A DNA stretch of 64,000 nucleotides from Actinomycetota bacterium. GTDB lineage: Bacteria > Actinomycetota > Actinomycetes > Nanopelagicales > Nanopelagicaceae. Under the pieces are notes generated by a model. That model saw nothing but the letters and a program-made list of their open reading frames with translations, was not told the DNA's origin and did no database searches. Made by a program: the position numbers and the translations under genes. The stretch spans positions 7,129 to 71,128 of the forward strand of contig WLEB01000001.1 of NCBI GenBank assembly GCA_009704505.1. Reading direction: 5' to 3'. Below, piece by piece: positions 28,660 to 38,426 of this stretch; within the stretch, counting starts at the first letter, position 1; every line of letters starts with the position of its first letter.

Positions 28660-29523
28660 ATGGAGATTCTTCAAATACCCATCTTGCGTGATCCAGTTAT
28701 GTTGATCGCCTTTTCCGGATGGAATGATGGCGCAGAGGCTGCCACAGGCGCCCTAGATCACTTGTTATCTGTATGGAAAGAATCCAAAGACGATGTTGTC
28801 TCGGTATTAATCGCTCAAGTGGATTCTGAGGATTTTTACGATTATCAAGTCAGCAGACCCCAGGTCAGTGTCAATGAATCTTCACAACGCGAGTTAACTT
28901 GGCCTGGGACACAAATCTTCGGTTTATCTCTTCCATCTATGAAACAGGATTTGGTAATCGTTACAGGCGTAGAACCTTCAATGCGTTGGAAATCTTTTAG
29001 CCGCGAGATACTAGATATTGCAGATGATTTAGAGGTTTCGATGATAATTACCGTAGGTGCGATGCTTTCAGATTCACCACATACTCGTCCAATCAAGATC
29101 ATTGCAACAACCTCAAGTGCAAACGTAGGTGCAAGACTAGATTTACAACCCTCGACCTATCAGGGGCCAACAGGGATCATTGGTGTTATTCAAGATGGTT
29201 GCACTAAGCGCGGAATTGAATCTCTCTCCTTATGGGCTTCTGTACCTCACTATGCTCCTAACGCGCCATCACCAAAAGCATCACTTGCACTATTACAAGC
29301 AATCGAGGACTACCTAGGTATTTCGATACCTTTGACCGATTTACCTGATAGCGCGCAGGCTTGGGAAGAGTCAGTCACACAATTGGCCTCTGAGGACGCA
29401 GACATCGCTGAATATGTGAAATCACTTGAAGCTAGTAAAGATGCAGTTGATATCCCTGAAGCCTCTGGAGAAACAATCGCCAAGGAATTCGAGAGGTACT
29501 TACGCAGACACCAGGAAGAGTAG
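28660..29523 (+). CDS. PAC2-family protein (ParJ/SCO1662-like)
   Basis: AFSGWNDGAEAA, FYDYQVSRP, EPSMRW, YQGPTG, WASVPHY; adjacent to mshC. Confidence 0.85.
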   Translation: MEILQIPILRDPVMLIAFSGWNDGAEAATGALDHLLSVWKESKDDVVSVLIAQVDSEDFYDYQVSRPQVSVNESSQRELTWPGTQIFGLSLPSMKQDLVIVTGVEPSMRWKSFSREILDIADDLEVSMIITVGAMLSDSPHTRPIKIIATTSSANVGARLDLQPSTYQGPTGIIGVIQDGCTKRGIESLSLWASVPHYAPNAPSPKASLALLQAIEDYLGISIPLTDLPDSAQAWEESVTQLASEDADIAEYVKSLEASKDAVDIPEASGETIAKEFERYLRRHQEE

Positions 29524-29566
29524 TGACTCTTCAGACATGATCTTCTAATGCAAGGAGCGACCGAGA

Positions 29567-30814
29567 TTATTTTACGGTTGAAAAACCAAGAAGATTTTCT
29601 AGAACAGAGACGATTTGTCTTTTATCTCCGCCAGTATCTCCATTGAGAGTCTTGTCCACCCATCTATTTACTTCCGACACAATAGTCTGAGTGTCTAAAT
29701 CATTGGCCAGAGACTCCAGAATGCAAGAAATCAGATTATCTGTTGGGGCGAAATCTTGGCACTTCAGGGCAGTTCTTAATCTTTGAACTTCAATGTCGGC
29801 AGCTGATAATTTCTCCTGGGACCACATGCGGTCTCTTCTGAAATGATCACTCATGAGTGCCCATCTGATAGAAAATGGATCAACACCAGATGACAATAGA
29901 GAGGATACAAAAACTAAATTACCTTTGCTTTTGCTCATCTTTTCACCATCAAGACCAATCATTCCTGCGTGCACGTAGTGAGAAGCTAACTCTCTACCTG
30001 TAATGACCCGTGCTTGGGCTGCGCACATCTCATGATGAGGAAAAATTAAATCACTGCCACCACCTTGAATGTCTATGAGCGTTTCCAATGTGGGATCTGG
30101 CGAAAGATAATGCAATGCAATTGCAGTACATTCAATATGCCACCCAGGTCTACCAAGACCATAGCTTGAACTCCAAGCAGGTTCGTTTGGTCTTTGTAGC
30201 ATCCAGACGAGGCAGTCCAGAGGATCTTTTTTGCCAGACAATGTGGGATCACCTCCGCGCTGAGAAAAAATCTCCACCATATCTTGATCTTTTAAATGAG
30301 AGATACTGGCAAACTTGGGATCATCTTTAACTGAGAAATATATGTCTTGATCAATTTGATACGTAGATTTTTTGTCAGATAAATGATCTATTGCCTCGAT
30401 CACTAGTGGAATTGCCTCGATGGCACCTATGTAGTGCGTAGGTGGAAGTACATTCAATGCGGCCATGTCATTTCTGAAAAGATCTATCTGCTCTGTCGCA
30501 AGATTTTCCCATTCAACTCCATCACGATTAGCTCTCTCTAGAAGCGGTTCATCAATATCTGTGATGTTCTGTACATAATCAACTTTTGATCCACCTGCAA
30601 CTAGATAACGATGGATAAGATCAAATGAAAGATAAGTTGCGGCGTGACCAAGATGTGTTGCATCGTAGGGCGTTATTCCGCATACATAAAGACGGTAGAG
30701 ATCCTTCTGTGAGAGTGGTTTTTTTGTCGTAGATGCAGAATCAGTCAATCGAAGTTGTGGGAAATCGAAAGCCTTGGACAAATCGTTCACTGCTACCGCA
30801 GTCCAAGATCTCAT
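29567..30814 (-). CDS. mshC: Mycothiol ligase (Cys:GlcN-Ins ligase)
   Basis: YVCGITPYDATHLGHA, ERANRDG, GRPGWHIEC, KMSKS; short, lacks CysRS anticodon domain. Confidence 0.92.
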   Translation of the reverse strand: MRSWTAVAVNDLSKAFDFPQLRLTDSASTTKKPLSQKDLYRLYVCGITPYDATHLGHAATYLSFDLIHRYLVAGGSKVDYVQNITDIDEPLLERANRDGVEWENLATEQIDLFRNDMAALNVLPPTHYIGAIEAIPLVIEAIDHLSDKKSTYQIDQDIYFSVKDDPKFASISHLKDQDMVEIFSQRGGDPTLSGKKDPLDCLVWMLQRPNEPAWSSSYGLGRPGWHIECTAIALHYLSPDPTLETLIDIQGGGSDLIFPHHEMCAAQARVITGRELASHYVHAGMIGLDGEKMSKSKGNLVFVSSLLSSGVDPFSIRWALMSDHFRRDRMWSQEKLSAADIEVQRLRTALKCQDFAPTDNLISCILESLANDLDTQTIVSEVNRWVDKTLNGDTGGDKRQIVSVLENLLGFSTVK

Positions 30815-30899
30815 TGGCCAATTCTATGTCAGTCTCTGCAAAAAGAATTTAACTTGAGAAATGTGCCTATACGGCCCAAAAAAGAAAACAGGCAGTGAA

Positions 30900-31601
30900 C
30901 TAATAAGCGGGCCAGGGAACTGAAGGCCACAGAGGTGATGGCTCAGGGAAGCAACGACTCAATAACATTCGATTAACTCGATCCGAACAGGCTTGAATTT
31001 CCAACTCAGTCAGTAAAGGAGCAAGAGTTTGGCCTAGTTGGCCCTCAAGTCCACTTTTACATAGCTCCAAAATTATCAATTCATCTTTTGTAAATGGCTT
31101 GCCGGCCCACTGCCATAAAACAGTTCGCAACTTATCTTCCTCATGAAAAGTCACTCCGTGATCACATCCGTAGGTTTTGTTTCCAACAGTTGGCAAAATG
31201 TGTCCAATTTTTCGATCCGTGTTGTTAACAATTGCATCAAAAAACGCCATTTTCCTTAATTCAGGATGATCCTGGGAGAAATACTCCGATAGATTTATTA
31301 ATTCATTTATTTCTATCCACTCTTGAACCATTCCTTGTCCGTATGGACCATCTCTTAAGATCGTGAATGGAACCAGATCAAGGCCTAGGAATTCACTGAC
31401 ACAATATGCTGCGAATTCACGATAGGCCAGGCACCCTTTATCAAAATCCCAAAGCGGTCGCTCCCCCGCAATTGGTTTATAGATGCAGGCAATCTGCAAA
31501 CCATTGAAATCAACATGAGCAAATAATGTTGCATTTGATGCATCGACTAATCTACCTGTAACTACTAATTCACTCTGTTCGAGAGCAAGATATTTACTCA
31601 T
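30900..31601 (-). CDS. SCO1664-family protein, PI3/4-kinase-like fold
   Basis: ASNAT, YKP..GERPLWDF, RE.AAY, NNTDRK.GH, DHG, C-terminal PWP. Confidence 0.85.
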   Translation of the reverse strand: MSKYLALEQSELVVTGRLVDASNATLFAHVDFNGLQIACIYKPIAGERPLWDFDKGCLAYREFAAYCVSEFLGLDLVPFTILRDGPYGQGMVQEWIEINELINLSEYFSQDHPELRKMAFFDAIVNNTDRKIGHILPTVGNKTYGCDHGVTFHEEDKLRTVLWQWAGKPFTKDELIILELCKSGLEGQLGQTLAPLLTELEIQACSDRVNRMLLSRCFPEPSPLWPSVPWPAY

Positions 31602-31638
31602 CGACGCCTATCTCGTTCATAAGTTTTCATATTTGAAT

Positions 31639-32148
31639 TTACCTCTTATAGCCATTGGCTCGAGGACACAAATGGCCTCGTGGATCTATAGGAATTGAAC
31701 AAAAAGGACATGGCAAACGTCCTGCATTGACAACTGCTTTGGAGCGATTCACGAAGGATTGTGCGCTGCCTAAACTTATGGACAATGCCAGAACCTCTGT
31801 ATCATCTTGACCCTCTTGTGAAGTTGCTTCGTAAAATTCAAAATTAACAATTTTCATTTGATCATCCCATGAGATTGATATCGCTCCTGTGACAAAAAGG
31901 GAATCAACAGGAGAATCCAGTGCTTCATCATCGATTGGCATAGGTTCCAGTAACTCAAATGGATTGGCTCTTTTTACACCTGCGATGATTATTTCGAGGC
32001 GAGATACGATCGCTCGTACTTGATCCTTTTCGATGGCAACGGAGAAAACCTGCCTATCTTTTTTTGCCTGAACATAAAAGGCTCTCTCCCCTGGCGCTCC
32101 AACGGTTCCTACAATAAAGCGATCAGGATCGACAACTTCGTATCTCAC
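31639..32148 (-). CDS. DUF3090-family protein with C-terminal Cys/His cluster
   Basis: GTVG.PGER.FY.QA, EK.Q, AGR.PCPFC..P.DP.GH.CPR.NG. Confidence 0.85.
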   Translation of the reverse strand: MRYEVVDPDRFIVGTVGAPGERAFYVQAKKDRQVFSVAIEKDQVRAIVSRLEIIIAGVKRANPFELLEPMPIDDEALDSPVDSLFVTGAISISWDDQMKIVNFEFYEATSQEGQDDTEVLALSISLGSAQSFVNRSKAVVNAGRLPCPFCSIPIDPRGHLCPRANGYKR

Positions 32149-32822
32149 TTGACGCTGCCGCCGCCCAATTGATTGCGATGACGTTTTTTAGAGGTCAATA
32201 GATCGGTTACGACTGCCCTTGTGTCATTAATCAAGAGAATACGGGGTTTGCTTGATGAAAACTCTACGATACTGACAGAACCTGGGTCGATGATGATTCT
32301 CTGAAACTCATCAAGATGCATTCCCAAAGCTGAAGCCAGAATAGCTTTAATCACATCACCATGACTAACAACAACTAGCGCGCCGCTTGCCTTTGGATCT
32401 ATGTTGCTGTGAATCGATTGCAACGCTCTGGTTTGCATTTGCAAAATGCCCTCGCCTCTGGGGAAATACATATGAGTTGGAGTGTTTTGCACTGTTGGCC
32501 ATAGTTTATTGCGCGATAGCACTGTCAGTTTCTTGCCCGACCAATCTCCGTAATCAACCTCAGTTAGACCTTGATCAATAATTGGCTTTGGTTTAGCTTT
32601 TTTTGCATTATTTTTTTGGCTTAACCAGGGCTGAATTGTTTCAAGACAGCGCTCCATCGGTGAAATCCTAATTTCATGGGGAACAAAGTCTCCCAATCTA
32701 TGTGCCAAATCAATCGACTGTGCAACACCCTGTTTAGATAGGTGAACATTGGGTCTTCGCCCAGATAGGACTCCCGCAGCATTTGCTTCCGAATGTGCAT
32801 GTCTGATTAAAACTACTCGCAT
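32145..32822 (-). CDS. Histidine phosphatase / phosphomutase (MSMEG_4193-like)
   Basis: LIRHA, SPMERC, EVDYGDW, VSHGDVIK, HLD.FQR. Confidence 0.87.
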   Translation of the reverse strand: MRVVLIRHAHSEANAAGVLSGRRPNVHLSKQGVAQSIDLAHRLGDFVPHEIRISPMERCLETIQPWLSQKNNAKKAKPKPIIDQGLTEVDYGDWSGKKLTVLSRNKLWPTVQNTPTHMYFPRGEGILQMQTRALQSIHSNIDPKASGALVVVSHGDVIKAILASALGMHLDEFQRIIIDPGSVSIVEFSSSKPRILLINDTRAVVTDLLTSKKRHRNQLGGGSVK

Positions 32823-32873
32823 AAAACAAAGGTTATCGCAGCTTTGATGGGCCTGCCTTGCTATCGTCGCCCC

Positions 32874-33818
32874 ATGGAAAAAAGACGCGCAGGAAGTAGT
32901 GGGTTAGAACTTTCGCGCTTGGGCTTGGGAACTATGACATGGGGTCGAGATACCGATGAGATTGAAGCAGCTGACCAATGTCGTGCGTATCTAGATGCGG
33001 GAGGTAGTTTCCTGGACACGTCCCCGACTTATGGCGATGGAGACAGTGAACGTTTAATCGGTGGACTCATTTCGACATTGTTTAAAAGAGATGATGTCGT
33101 AATTGCTAGCAAAGCTGGAATTAATCTCAATGAGGGTGCGCGACGAATAAATGCGACCCGACAGTTTCTTATTGCCGACCTGGATCGCACATTAGAACGC
33201 TTGGGTACCGATTTTATAGATTTGTGGCAGATAAGTAACTGGGATGACTTAACCCCTATCGATGAGACGTTATCAGCGTTGGACTATGCCTACACATCTG
33301 GACGCGCCCGTTACGTTGGAGTAAGTAACTACACTGGTTGGCAGATAGCAAGAGCGGCTACTAAGCAACAAACAAATTCAATGAGGGCGCCCATTACCTG
33401 CGCACAAAACGAATACTCCCTTCTTAATCGAATTGCTGAAAACGAAATTCTTGATGCAACGCAAGAGTGCGGTCTGGGTTTTATAGCTTGGGCGCCGTTG
33501 GCTCGGGGTGTTTTAACCGGCAAATATCGAAAGGGAATCCCGAGCGACTCTAGAGCAGCCGCGCCGCACTTCGCCCGTCAAGTTGAACCGTATCTTGATG
33601 ATCATTCAGCGCGCATCGTTGAGGCGGTCGTAGTCGCAGCACAAGGGCTAGGTTATTCACCGTTGGAAATCTCATTAGCTTGGGTTCGCGATGCTCCTGG
33701 AATTACAAGTACGCTCGTGGGCGCACGCACTGGTGCACAACTTCGTGGAATCTTAAAGAGCGAAGAGATTGAACTTCCATCAATTGTTCGCACCGCACTC
33801 GATGATGTCAGTGGTTAA
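32874..33818 (+). CDS. Aldo/keto reductase
   Basis: LGLGTMTWG, DTSPTYG, GVSNY, QNEYSLL, PLARGVLTGKY; ATG 32874 with TATCGT 6 nt upstream. Confidence 0.9.
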   Translation: MEKRRAGSSGLELSRLGLGTMTWGRDTDEIEAADQCRAYLDAGGSFLDTSPTYGDGDSERLIGGLISTLFKRDDVVIASKAGINLNEGARRINATRQFLIADLDRTLERLGTDFIDLWQISNWDDLTPIDETLSALDYAYTSGRARYVGVSNYTGWQIARAATKQQTNSMRAPITCAQNEYSLLNRIAENEILDATQECGLGFIAWAPLARGVLTGKYRKGIPSDSRAAAPHFARQVEPYLDDHSARIVEAVVVAAQGLGYSPLEISLAWVRDAPGITSTLVGARTGAQLRGILKSEEIELPSIVRTALDDVSG

Positions 33819-35140
33819 GAGCGCTCTAAGAAATCCTTCAAAACGTGAACACCAAAAGCTAAACCCTCTATTGGTACTCGCTCATCAACACCGTGAAACA
33901 TTGCCATAAAATCAAAGTCAGCCGGCAATTTCAGCGGAGAAAATCCATAACCAATGATGCCAAGATCGGCTAAAGCTTTATTGTCGGTTCCACCGCTCAT
34001 TACATAAGGCACAGGAATTGCATCTGGGTCATGCTTTATCAGTGACAAACACATCTGCTCAACTAGGTCAGTCTCAAAAGATACTTCCAGCGCTTTATCC
34101 CTAGTAATAGTCTCGATAACAATCTCTGGTCCAACTAACATCTTGATAGTTTCATTTAGTTCATCTTCGTATCCAGGTATGAATCGGCCATCAATGGTCG
34201 CCGAGGCCGAACCAGGGATGACATTTGCCTTATAACCGGCCTCCAGCATTGTTGGATTTGCAGTATTTTGAAGAGTTGCTCCAATCATGCGTGAGGCAAA
34301 ACCTAGTTCGGATAACAAAGGTCGCAAGTCCTTTTCGTCATAAGTCTTTCCCGTAACATGTGCGATCTTTTTAAAAAATGTTTTTACTGTCGCACTGTAT
34401 CGTTGTGGCCACTGATGATTACCAATTTTTGCCACTGCCTCTGAAATCCTTGAGACAGCATTCTCTTGGTTCAAAAGCGAACCATGACCTGCGCGTCCAT
34501 GGGCGGTTAATCGCATCCAATGGATTCCCTTTTCAGCAGTCTCTATGAGGTAAAGACGTTTACCGTTTCCAAGTGTTACCGAGAATCCTCCAACTTCAGA
34601 TATTGCCTCGGTACAACCGGCGAAGACCTCTGGATGTTTGTCCACCATGAAATGTGAACCAAAAATGCTACCTGCCTCTTCGTCGGCAAAAAATGCTAAG
34701 ACAATATCCCTTTTCGGAACGAATCCAGTCCGTTTCCAATCTCGCACAGTTGCAATAATCATTGCATTCATATTTTTCATATCTACAGCGCCACGACCCC
34801 AGATGTAACCATCTTTTATTTCGGCCTCAAAGGGAGCAACCGACCAATCAGATGCATTGGCGGGTACAACATCTAAATGTCCATGAACAACCAATCCTGG
34901 AAGATTGCTATCTGAACCCTTAATACGCGCAATAACATTGCATCTTCCCGGTGCTGATTCATAAATACGCGACTTAATTCCAACCTCATCCAAAAGCTTG
35001 ACTACATGGTTGGCGACTTCTTTCTCATCGCCTTGGCCATCACCATAATTAACGCTAGGTATCTGTATTAACTCTCTACAGATGCGAATCGTTTCGTCAA
35101 CGAGAACAGACGATAAAGAATCGGAAGGCGAAGAAGACAT
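33815..35140 (-). CDS. M20/M25/M40 family metallo-hydrolase
   Basis: HGHLDVVP, GRGAVDMK, ADEE, SGGTD, HGVDER. Confidence 0.9.
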   Translation of the reverse strand: MSSSPSDSLSSVLVDETIRICRELIQIPSVNYGDGQGDEKEVANHVVKLLDEVGIKSRIYESAPGRCNVIARIKGSDSNLPGLVVHGHLDVVPANASDWSVAPFEAEIKDGYIWGRGAVDMKNMNAMIIATVRDWKRTGFVPKRDIVLAFFADEEAGSIFGSHFMVDKHPEVFAGCTEAISEVGGFSVTLGNGKRLYLIETAEKGIHWMRLTAHGRAGHGSLLNQENAVSRISEAVAKIGNHQWPQRYSATVKTFFKKIAHVTGKTYDEKDLRPLLSELGFASRMIGATLQNTANPTMLEAGYKANVIPGSASATIDGRFIPGYEDELNETIKMLVGPEIVIETITRDKALEVSFETDLVEQMCLSLIKHDPDAIPVPYVMSGGTDNKALADLGIIGYGFSPLKLPADFDFMAMFHGVDERVPIEGLAFGVHVLKDFLERS

Positions 35141-35183
35141 TTCGCTATTGTGGCACTGGATTGCTATCCTTGGCCATCACTTA

Positions 35184-35267
35184 GTCCGGGTGGCGGAATT
35201 GGCAGACGCGCTAGCTTGAGGTGTTAGTTCCCGCAAGGGATTAGGGGTTCAAGTCCCCTCTCGGACA
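35184..35267 (+). tRNA. tRNA-Leu(GAG), CCA not encoded
   Basis: Acceptor GTCCGGG/CTCGGAC, D-loop GGAATTGGCAGAC, anticodon arm CTAGC-TTGAGGT-GTTAG, long variable arm TCCCGCAAGGGA, GGTTCAAGTCC. Confidence 0.96.
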
Positions 35268-35268
35268 C

Positions 35269-35796
35269 ATGAAAATCGAACAGGCTCTCAAACTTATTCG
35301 CGATGTCCCCGATTTTCCAAAACCTGGAATTCTTTTTAAAGATATCACTCCGTTACTTTCAGATGGTGAGGCATTTCTTGCCGTTACGCAAAAGTTTTCT
35401 ACCTTTGCGCAATCTTCAACCATTATCGCTGGAATCGAAGCTCGTGGCTTTATCTTTGCCTCAGCAGTAGCGAATCAATTAGGAGCCGGCTTTGTGCCCA
35501 TAAGAAAAGCCGGAAAACTTCCCTACGAGAGCATCTCGGCAACATACGGTCTTGAATATGGTGATGATGAACTGGAGATTCACAAAGACGCATTCAAGCC
35601 TGGCGACAAAGTTTTACTCATCGACGACGTGCTTGCTACCGGTGGAACTATTGGTGCGGCTATTGATCTCATTCATGAAATCGGCGGTGAGGTTATTCAC
35701 GTCCTAGCGTTGCTTGAGATACCGGGGTTGTCTGGACGCGAGCGAATTAATCAGCTCCACCCGCAGATACCAATTACCTCATTTATGAATTCATAA
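35269..35796 (+). CDS. apt: Adenine phosphoribosyltransferase
   Basis: PDFPKPGILFKDITP, GIEARGF, RKAGKLP, YGLEYG, PRPP loop LIDDVLATGGT. Confidence 0.95.
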   Translation: MKIEQALKLIRDVPDFPKPGILFKDITPLLSDGEAFLAVTQKFSTFAQSSTIIAGIEARGFIFASAVANQLGAGFVPIRKAGKLPYESISATYGLEYGDDELEIHKDAFKPGDKVLLIDDVLATGGTIGAAIDLIHEIGGEVIHVLALLEIPGLSGRERINQLHPQIPITSFMNS

Positions 35797-35882
35797 CAGC
35801 TGCATATCGAAGCGGTACAAGAACTCACCTTTGATTTTATGGTTCTAGGAAAAACCCGATTGACTGTGGCAGGATGCTCTCC

Positions 35883-36527
35883 ATGGCAGAGTTGATTTAT
35901 TACTGTGGAACTATGGATAGCGGAAAGTCGACGCTAGCTCTTCAAACTGCCCATAATCATCAATCTCGTGGTCGAACTGGCTTTATCTTCACCAATAAGG
36001 ATCGAGCAGGAAGTGGCACGATATCTTCAAGACTTGGCTTATCTAGTCCTGCAATCGAGGTTTTCCCTGGGTTGGATTTGCACAAATATGTTGTAGACCA
36101 TCTCTCAGTTGGTGAACGAATCGATTACATAATCTGTGATGAAGCACAATTCTATGAACGAGCTCAGATAGAACAGCTCGCTCGAATCGTTGATGGACTC
36201 GGTATAGATGTTTATGCCTTTGGAATCCTTACGGACTTTAGAACATCGCTGTTTCCGGGATCAGCTCGTTTAGTTGAGCTGGCCGACCGCGTAAACACTC
36301 TGCAAGTTGAAGCACTTTGCTGGTGCGGCTCTAGGGCCACCCATAATGCACGAACAATCGGTGGGACCATGGTGATTGAAGGTGAACAAGTTGTAGTCGG
36401 TGATGTTGCCCCTGGTGCTCAAGTAGCCTACGAAGTCCTATGCAGGAGGCATCACATGAGACAAGTAACTGCAACAGGTTCTCGTGCTGGGCACACCTCC
36501 CCGCAAACACTTCCATTCAAAGATTAA
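35883..36527 (+). CDS. tdk: Thymidine kinase
   Basis: GTMDSGKS, ISSRLG, DEAQF, GILTDFR..LFPGS, CWCG and YEVLCRRH. Confidence 0.93.
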   Translation: MAELIYYCGTMDSGKSTLALQTAHNHQSRGRTGFIFTNKDRAGSGTISSRLGLSSPAIEVFPGLDLHKYVVDHLSVGERIDYIICDEAQFYERAQIEQLARIVDGLGIDVYAFGILTDFRTSLFPGSARLVELADRVNTLQVEALCWCGSRATHNARTIGGTMVIEGEQVVVGDVAPGAQVAYEVLCRRHHMRQVTATGSRAGHTSPQTLPFKD

Positions 36528-36591
36528 TCGACTAACAATAAAACTAAATATCCAATAACAAGTAAATTCAAAGAGAAAAACGGAATCAAAT

Positions 36592-37632
36592 ATGAAAACT
36601 AAATCCTATGCAGCGATGAACGCTGGGGCTTCCTTGGTTCCCTATGTTTTTGAAAGACGTGAAGTTGGCGACCATGATGTCGCCTTAAAGATCTCCTATG
36701 CCGGTATATGTCACAGCGACATTCATCAAGTGGCCGAAGAATGGGGTCCTGCAATATTTCCAATGGTTCCAGGTCACGAGATAGCAGGCGTGGTCACTAG
36801 CACCGGAAGTAAAGTTACGAAGTTTAAAGTCGGCGATGCCATTGGCGTCGGTGTCTTTATTGATTCCTGTCGCACATGCAGCAGTTGCAAAGCAGGACTG
36901 CAGCAGTACTGCCTCAATGGAATGGTTGGAACCTATAACGGTATGGAAGCCGACGGAAAAACCGTTGCAATGGGCGGCTATAGCGATGTTTTTGTCATCA
37001 ATGAGGATTACGCACTAAAGATTCCATCAAACCTTAATTTAAGAGGTGTGGCACCGCTGCTATGTGCTGGCATAACTTTGTACTCGCCAATAAAGCACTG
37101 GAAAACTGCACCTGGAATGAATGTTGCAATTATGGGACTTGGTGGTTTGGGACATATGGGTGTGAAGTTTGCATCTGCGATGGGTGCGCACGTGACCGTA
37201 CTCTCCCACTCCCCTAGTAAAAAAGCTGATGCTCTGGCTATGGGTGCCCATGATTTTGTTGCTACAAACGACCTTGAAAACCTCAAGCAATATGAAAAGA
37301 AATTTGATCTAATTCTTAACACTATTAGTGCCGAGATAGTAATCGATGACTACCTCAATCTCCTGAAGCTAGATGGTACTTTAGTGGTCATCGGACTTCC
37401 TGGACGCCCATACAAAGTAAATGTTGGAACCTTGCTTAACGGACGAAGAAGGATTGCTGGATCAATGATCGGTGGGATTCCTGAAATTCAAGAGATGTTA
37501 GATTTTTGCGGCAAGAACAATATCCTCAGTGAAGTAGAAGTTATTAAGGCTGATTACATTAATGAGGCATATAAGAGAACCGTCGCCAGCGATGTGAAGT
37601 ACCGTTTTGTCATTGATGCAAGTACGTTCTAA
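36592..37632 (+). CDS. Zn/NADP-dependent alcohol dehydrogenase (cinnamyl-ADH type)
   Basis: GICHSD, PGHE, C..C..C.......C, APLLCAGIT, GLGGLGH, VKYRFVID. Confidence 0.92.
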   Translation: MKTKSYAAMNAGASLVPYVFERREVGDHDVALKISYAGICHSDIHQVAEEWGPAIFPMVPGHEIAGVVTSTGSKVTKFKVGDAIGVGVFIDSCRTCSSCKAGLQQYCLNGMVGTYNGMEADGKTVAMGGYSDVFVINEDYALKIPSNLNLRGVAPLLCAGITLYSPIKHWKTAPGMNVAIMGLGGLGHMGVKFASAMGAHVTVLSHSPSKKADALAMGAHDFVATNDLENLKQYEKKFDLILNTISAEIVIDDYLNLLKLDGTLVVIGLPGRPYKVNVGTLLNGRRRIAGSMIGGIPEIQEMLDFCGKNNILSEVEVIKADYINEAYKRTVASDVKYRFVIDASTF

Positions 37633-37659
37633 GAACGCTAAGTTTTGCGAAATAGGTCG

Positions 37660-38391
37660 TTAAAAAGAATGCACAACTAAAGCCAAAACAGGTGCTACTG
37701 CTAGGGCTGGAAGTAAGTTACCTACCGCCACATGCTTAATGTTGAGCAAACGCAGCGCAATACACATAAGCATTATTCCGCCAACCACAGTCATTGCATC
37801 GATCTGATAGCCATCCAGAATCTCGCCCAATCCAAGACCAACCAATGTCCATGAGGCTTGGTAGATGGCTACAGGAATAGCTGACACAGCAACCCCCCAA
37901 CCAAGTGAAGTAGCAAAGGCCATCGCAGCGAAAAAGTCTAATGTGCTTTTGAGAACGAGTTGGTCGATTCCAGTTCCCATTCCATCACTAATACTTCCTA
38001 AAATCGCAAGCGGGCCTATTGCAAACAAAAGAGATGCTGCTACGAATCCCTCAACAAAGGGTGACTCACTGCTGGCTTTGAACTTTATGCGAAGACGCTC
38101 TCCCAGGCCATCTAATCGAGTCTCCAATTTGAGAAGAGAGCCAATGAGGCCTCCGATTAGAAGTGAGCCCAAAACGATCAGAAGTGTCCATCCCTGTGGA
38201 ACAGATTCGACATAGCGTGTTGACCATAGTGGAAGTACTGCCGATGCGGCACCAAGGATCAAGACCAAACCCAAAACATCTGTCAGTAGAATTCGTGTTT
38301 GTTCTTTCATGCGAGTGCCAACAAGCACGCCAAGGGCTGCTCCTCCAACGATTGCAACGATGTTTATAACAGTGCCGATTCCGGGAAACAT
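37660..38391 (-). CDS. DUF554-family membrane protein
   Basis: GTVIN...I..G...G, GFV.ASLLF.IG..AILGSI.DG, KSTLD, NLLPAL. Confidence 0.85.
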   Translation of the reverse strand: MFPGIGTVINIVAIVGGAALGVLVGTRMKEQTRILLTDVLGLVLILGAASAVLPLWSTRYVESVPQGWTLLIVLGSLLIGGLIGSLLKLETRLDGLGERLRIKFKASSESPFVEGFVAASLLFAIGPLAILGSISDGMGTGIDQLVLKSTLDFFAAMAFATSLGWGVAVSAIPVAIYQASWTLVGLGLGEILDGYQIDAMTVVGGIMLMCIALRLLNIKHVAVGNLLPALAVAPVLALVVHSF

Positions 38392-38426
38392 CAAGCAAGT
38401 ATAGCCGTTGTTGTTATACTCAAATA

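Noticed and set aside
29567-30814. Cysteinyl-tRNA synthetase
   Set aside because: Short, no anticodon-binding domain, MshC-type motifs and context.
36528-36591. A-rich spacer before the alcohol dehydrogenase as a repeat or sRNA
   Set aside because: Low complexity with no stem or periodicity; probably an unstructured translation leader.
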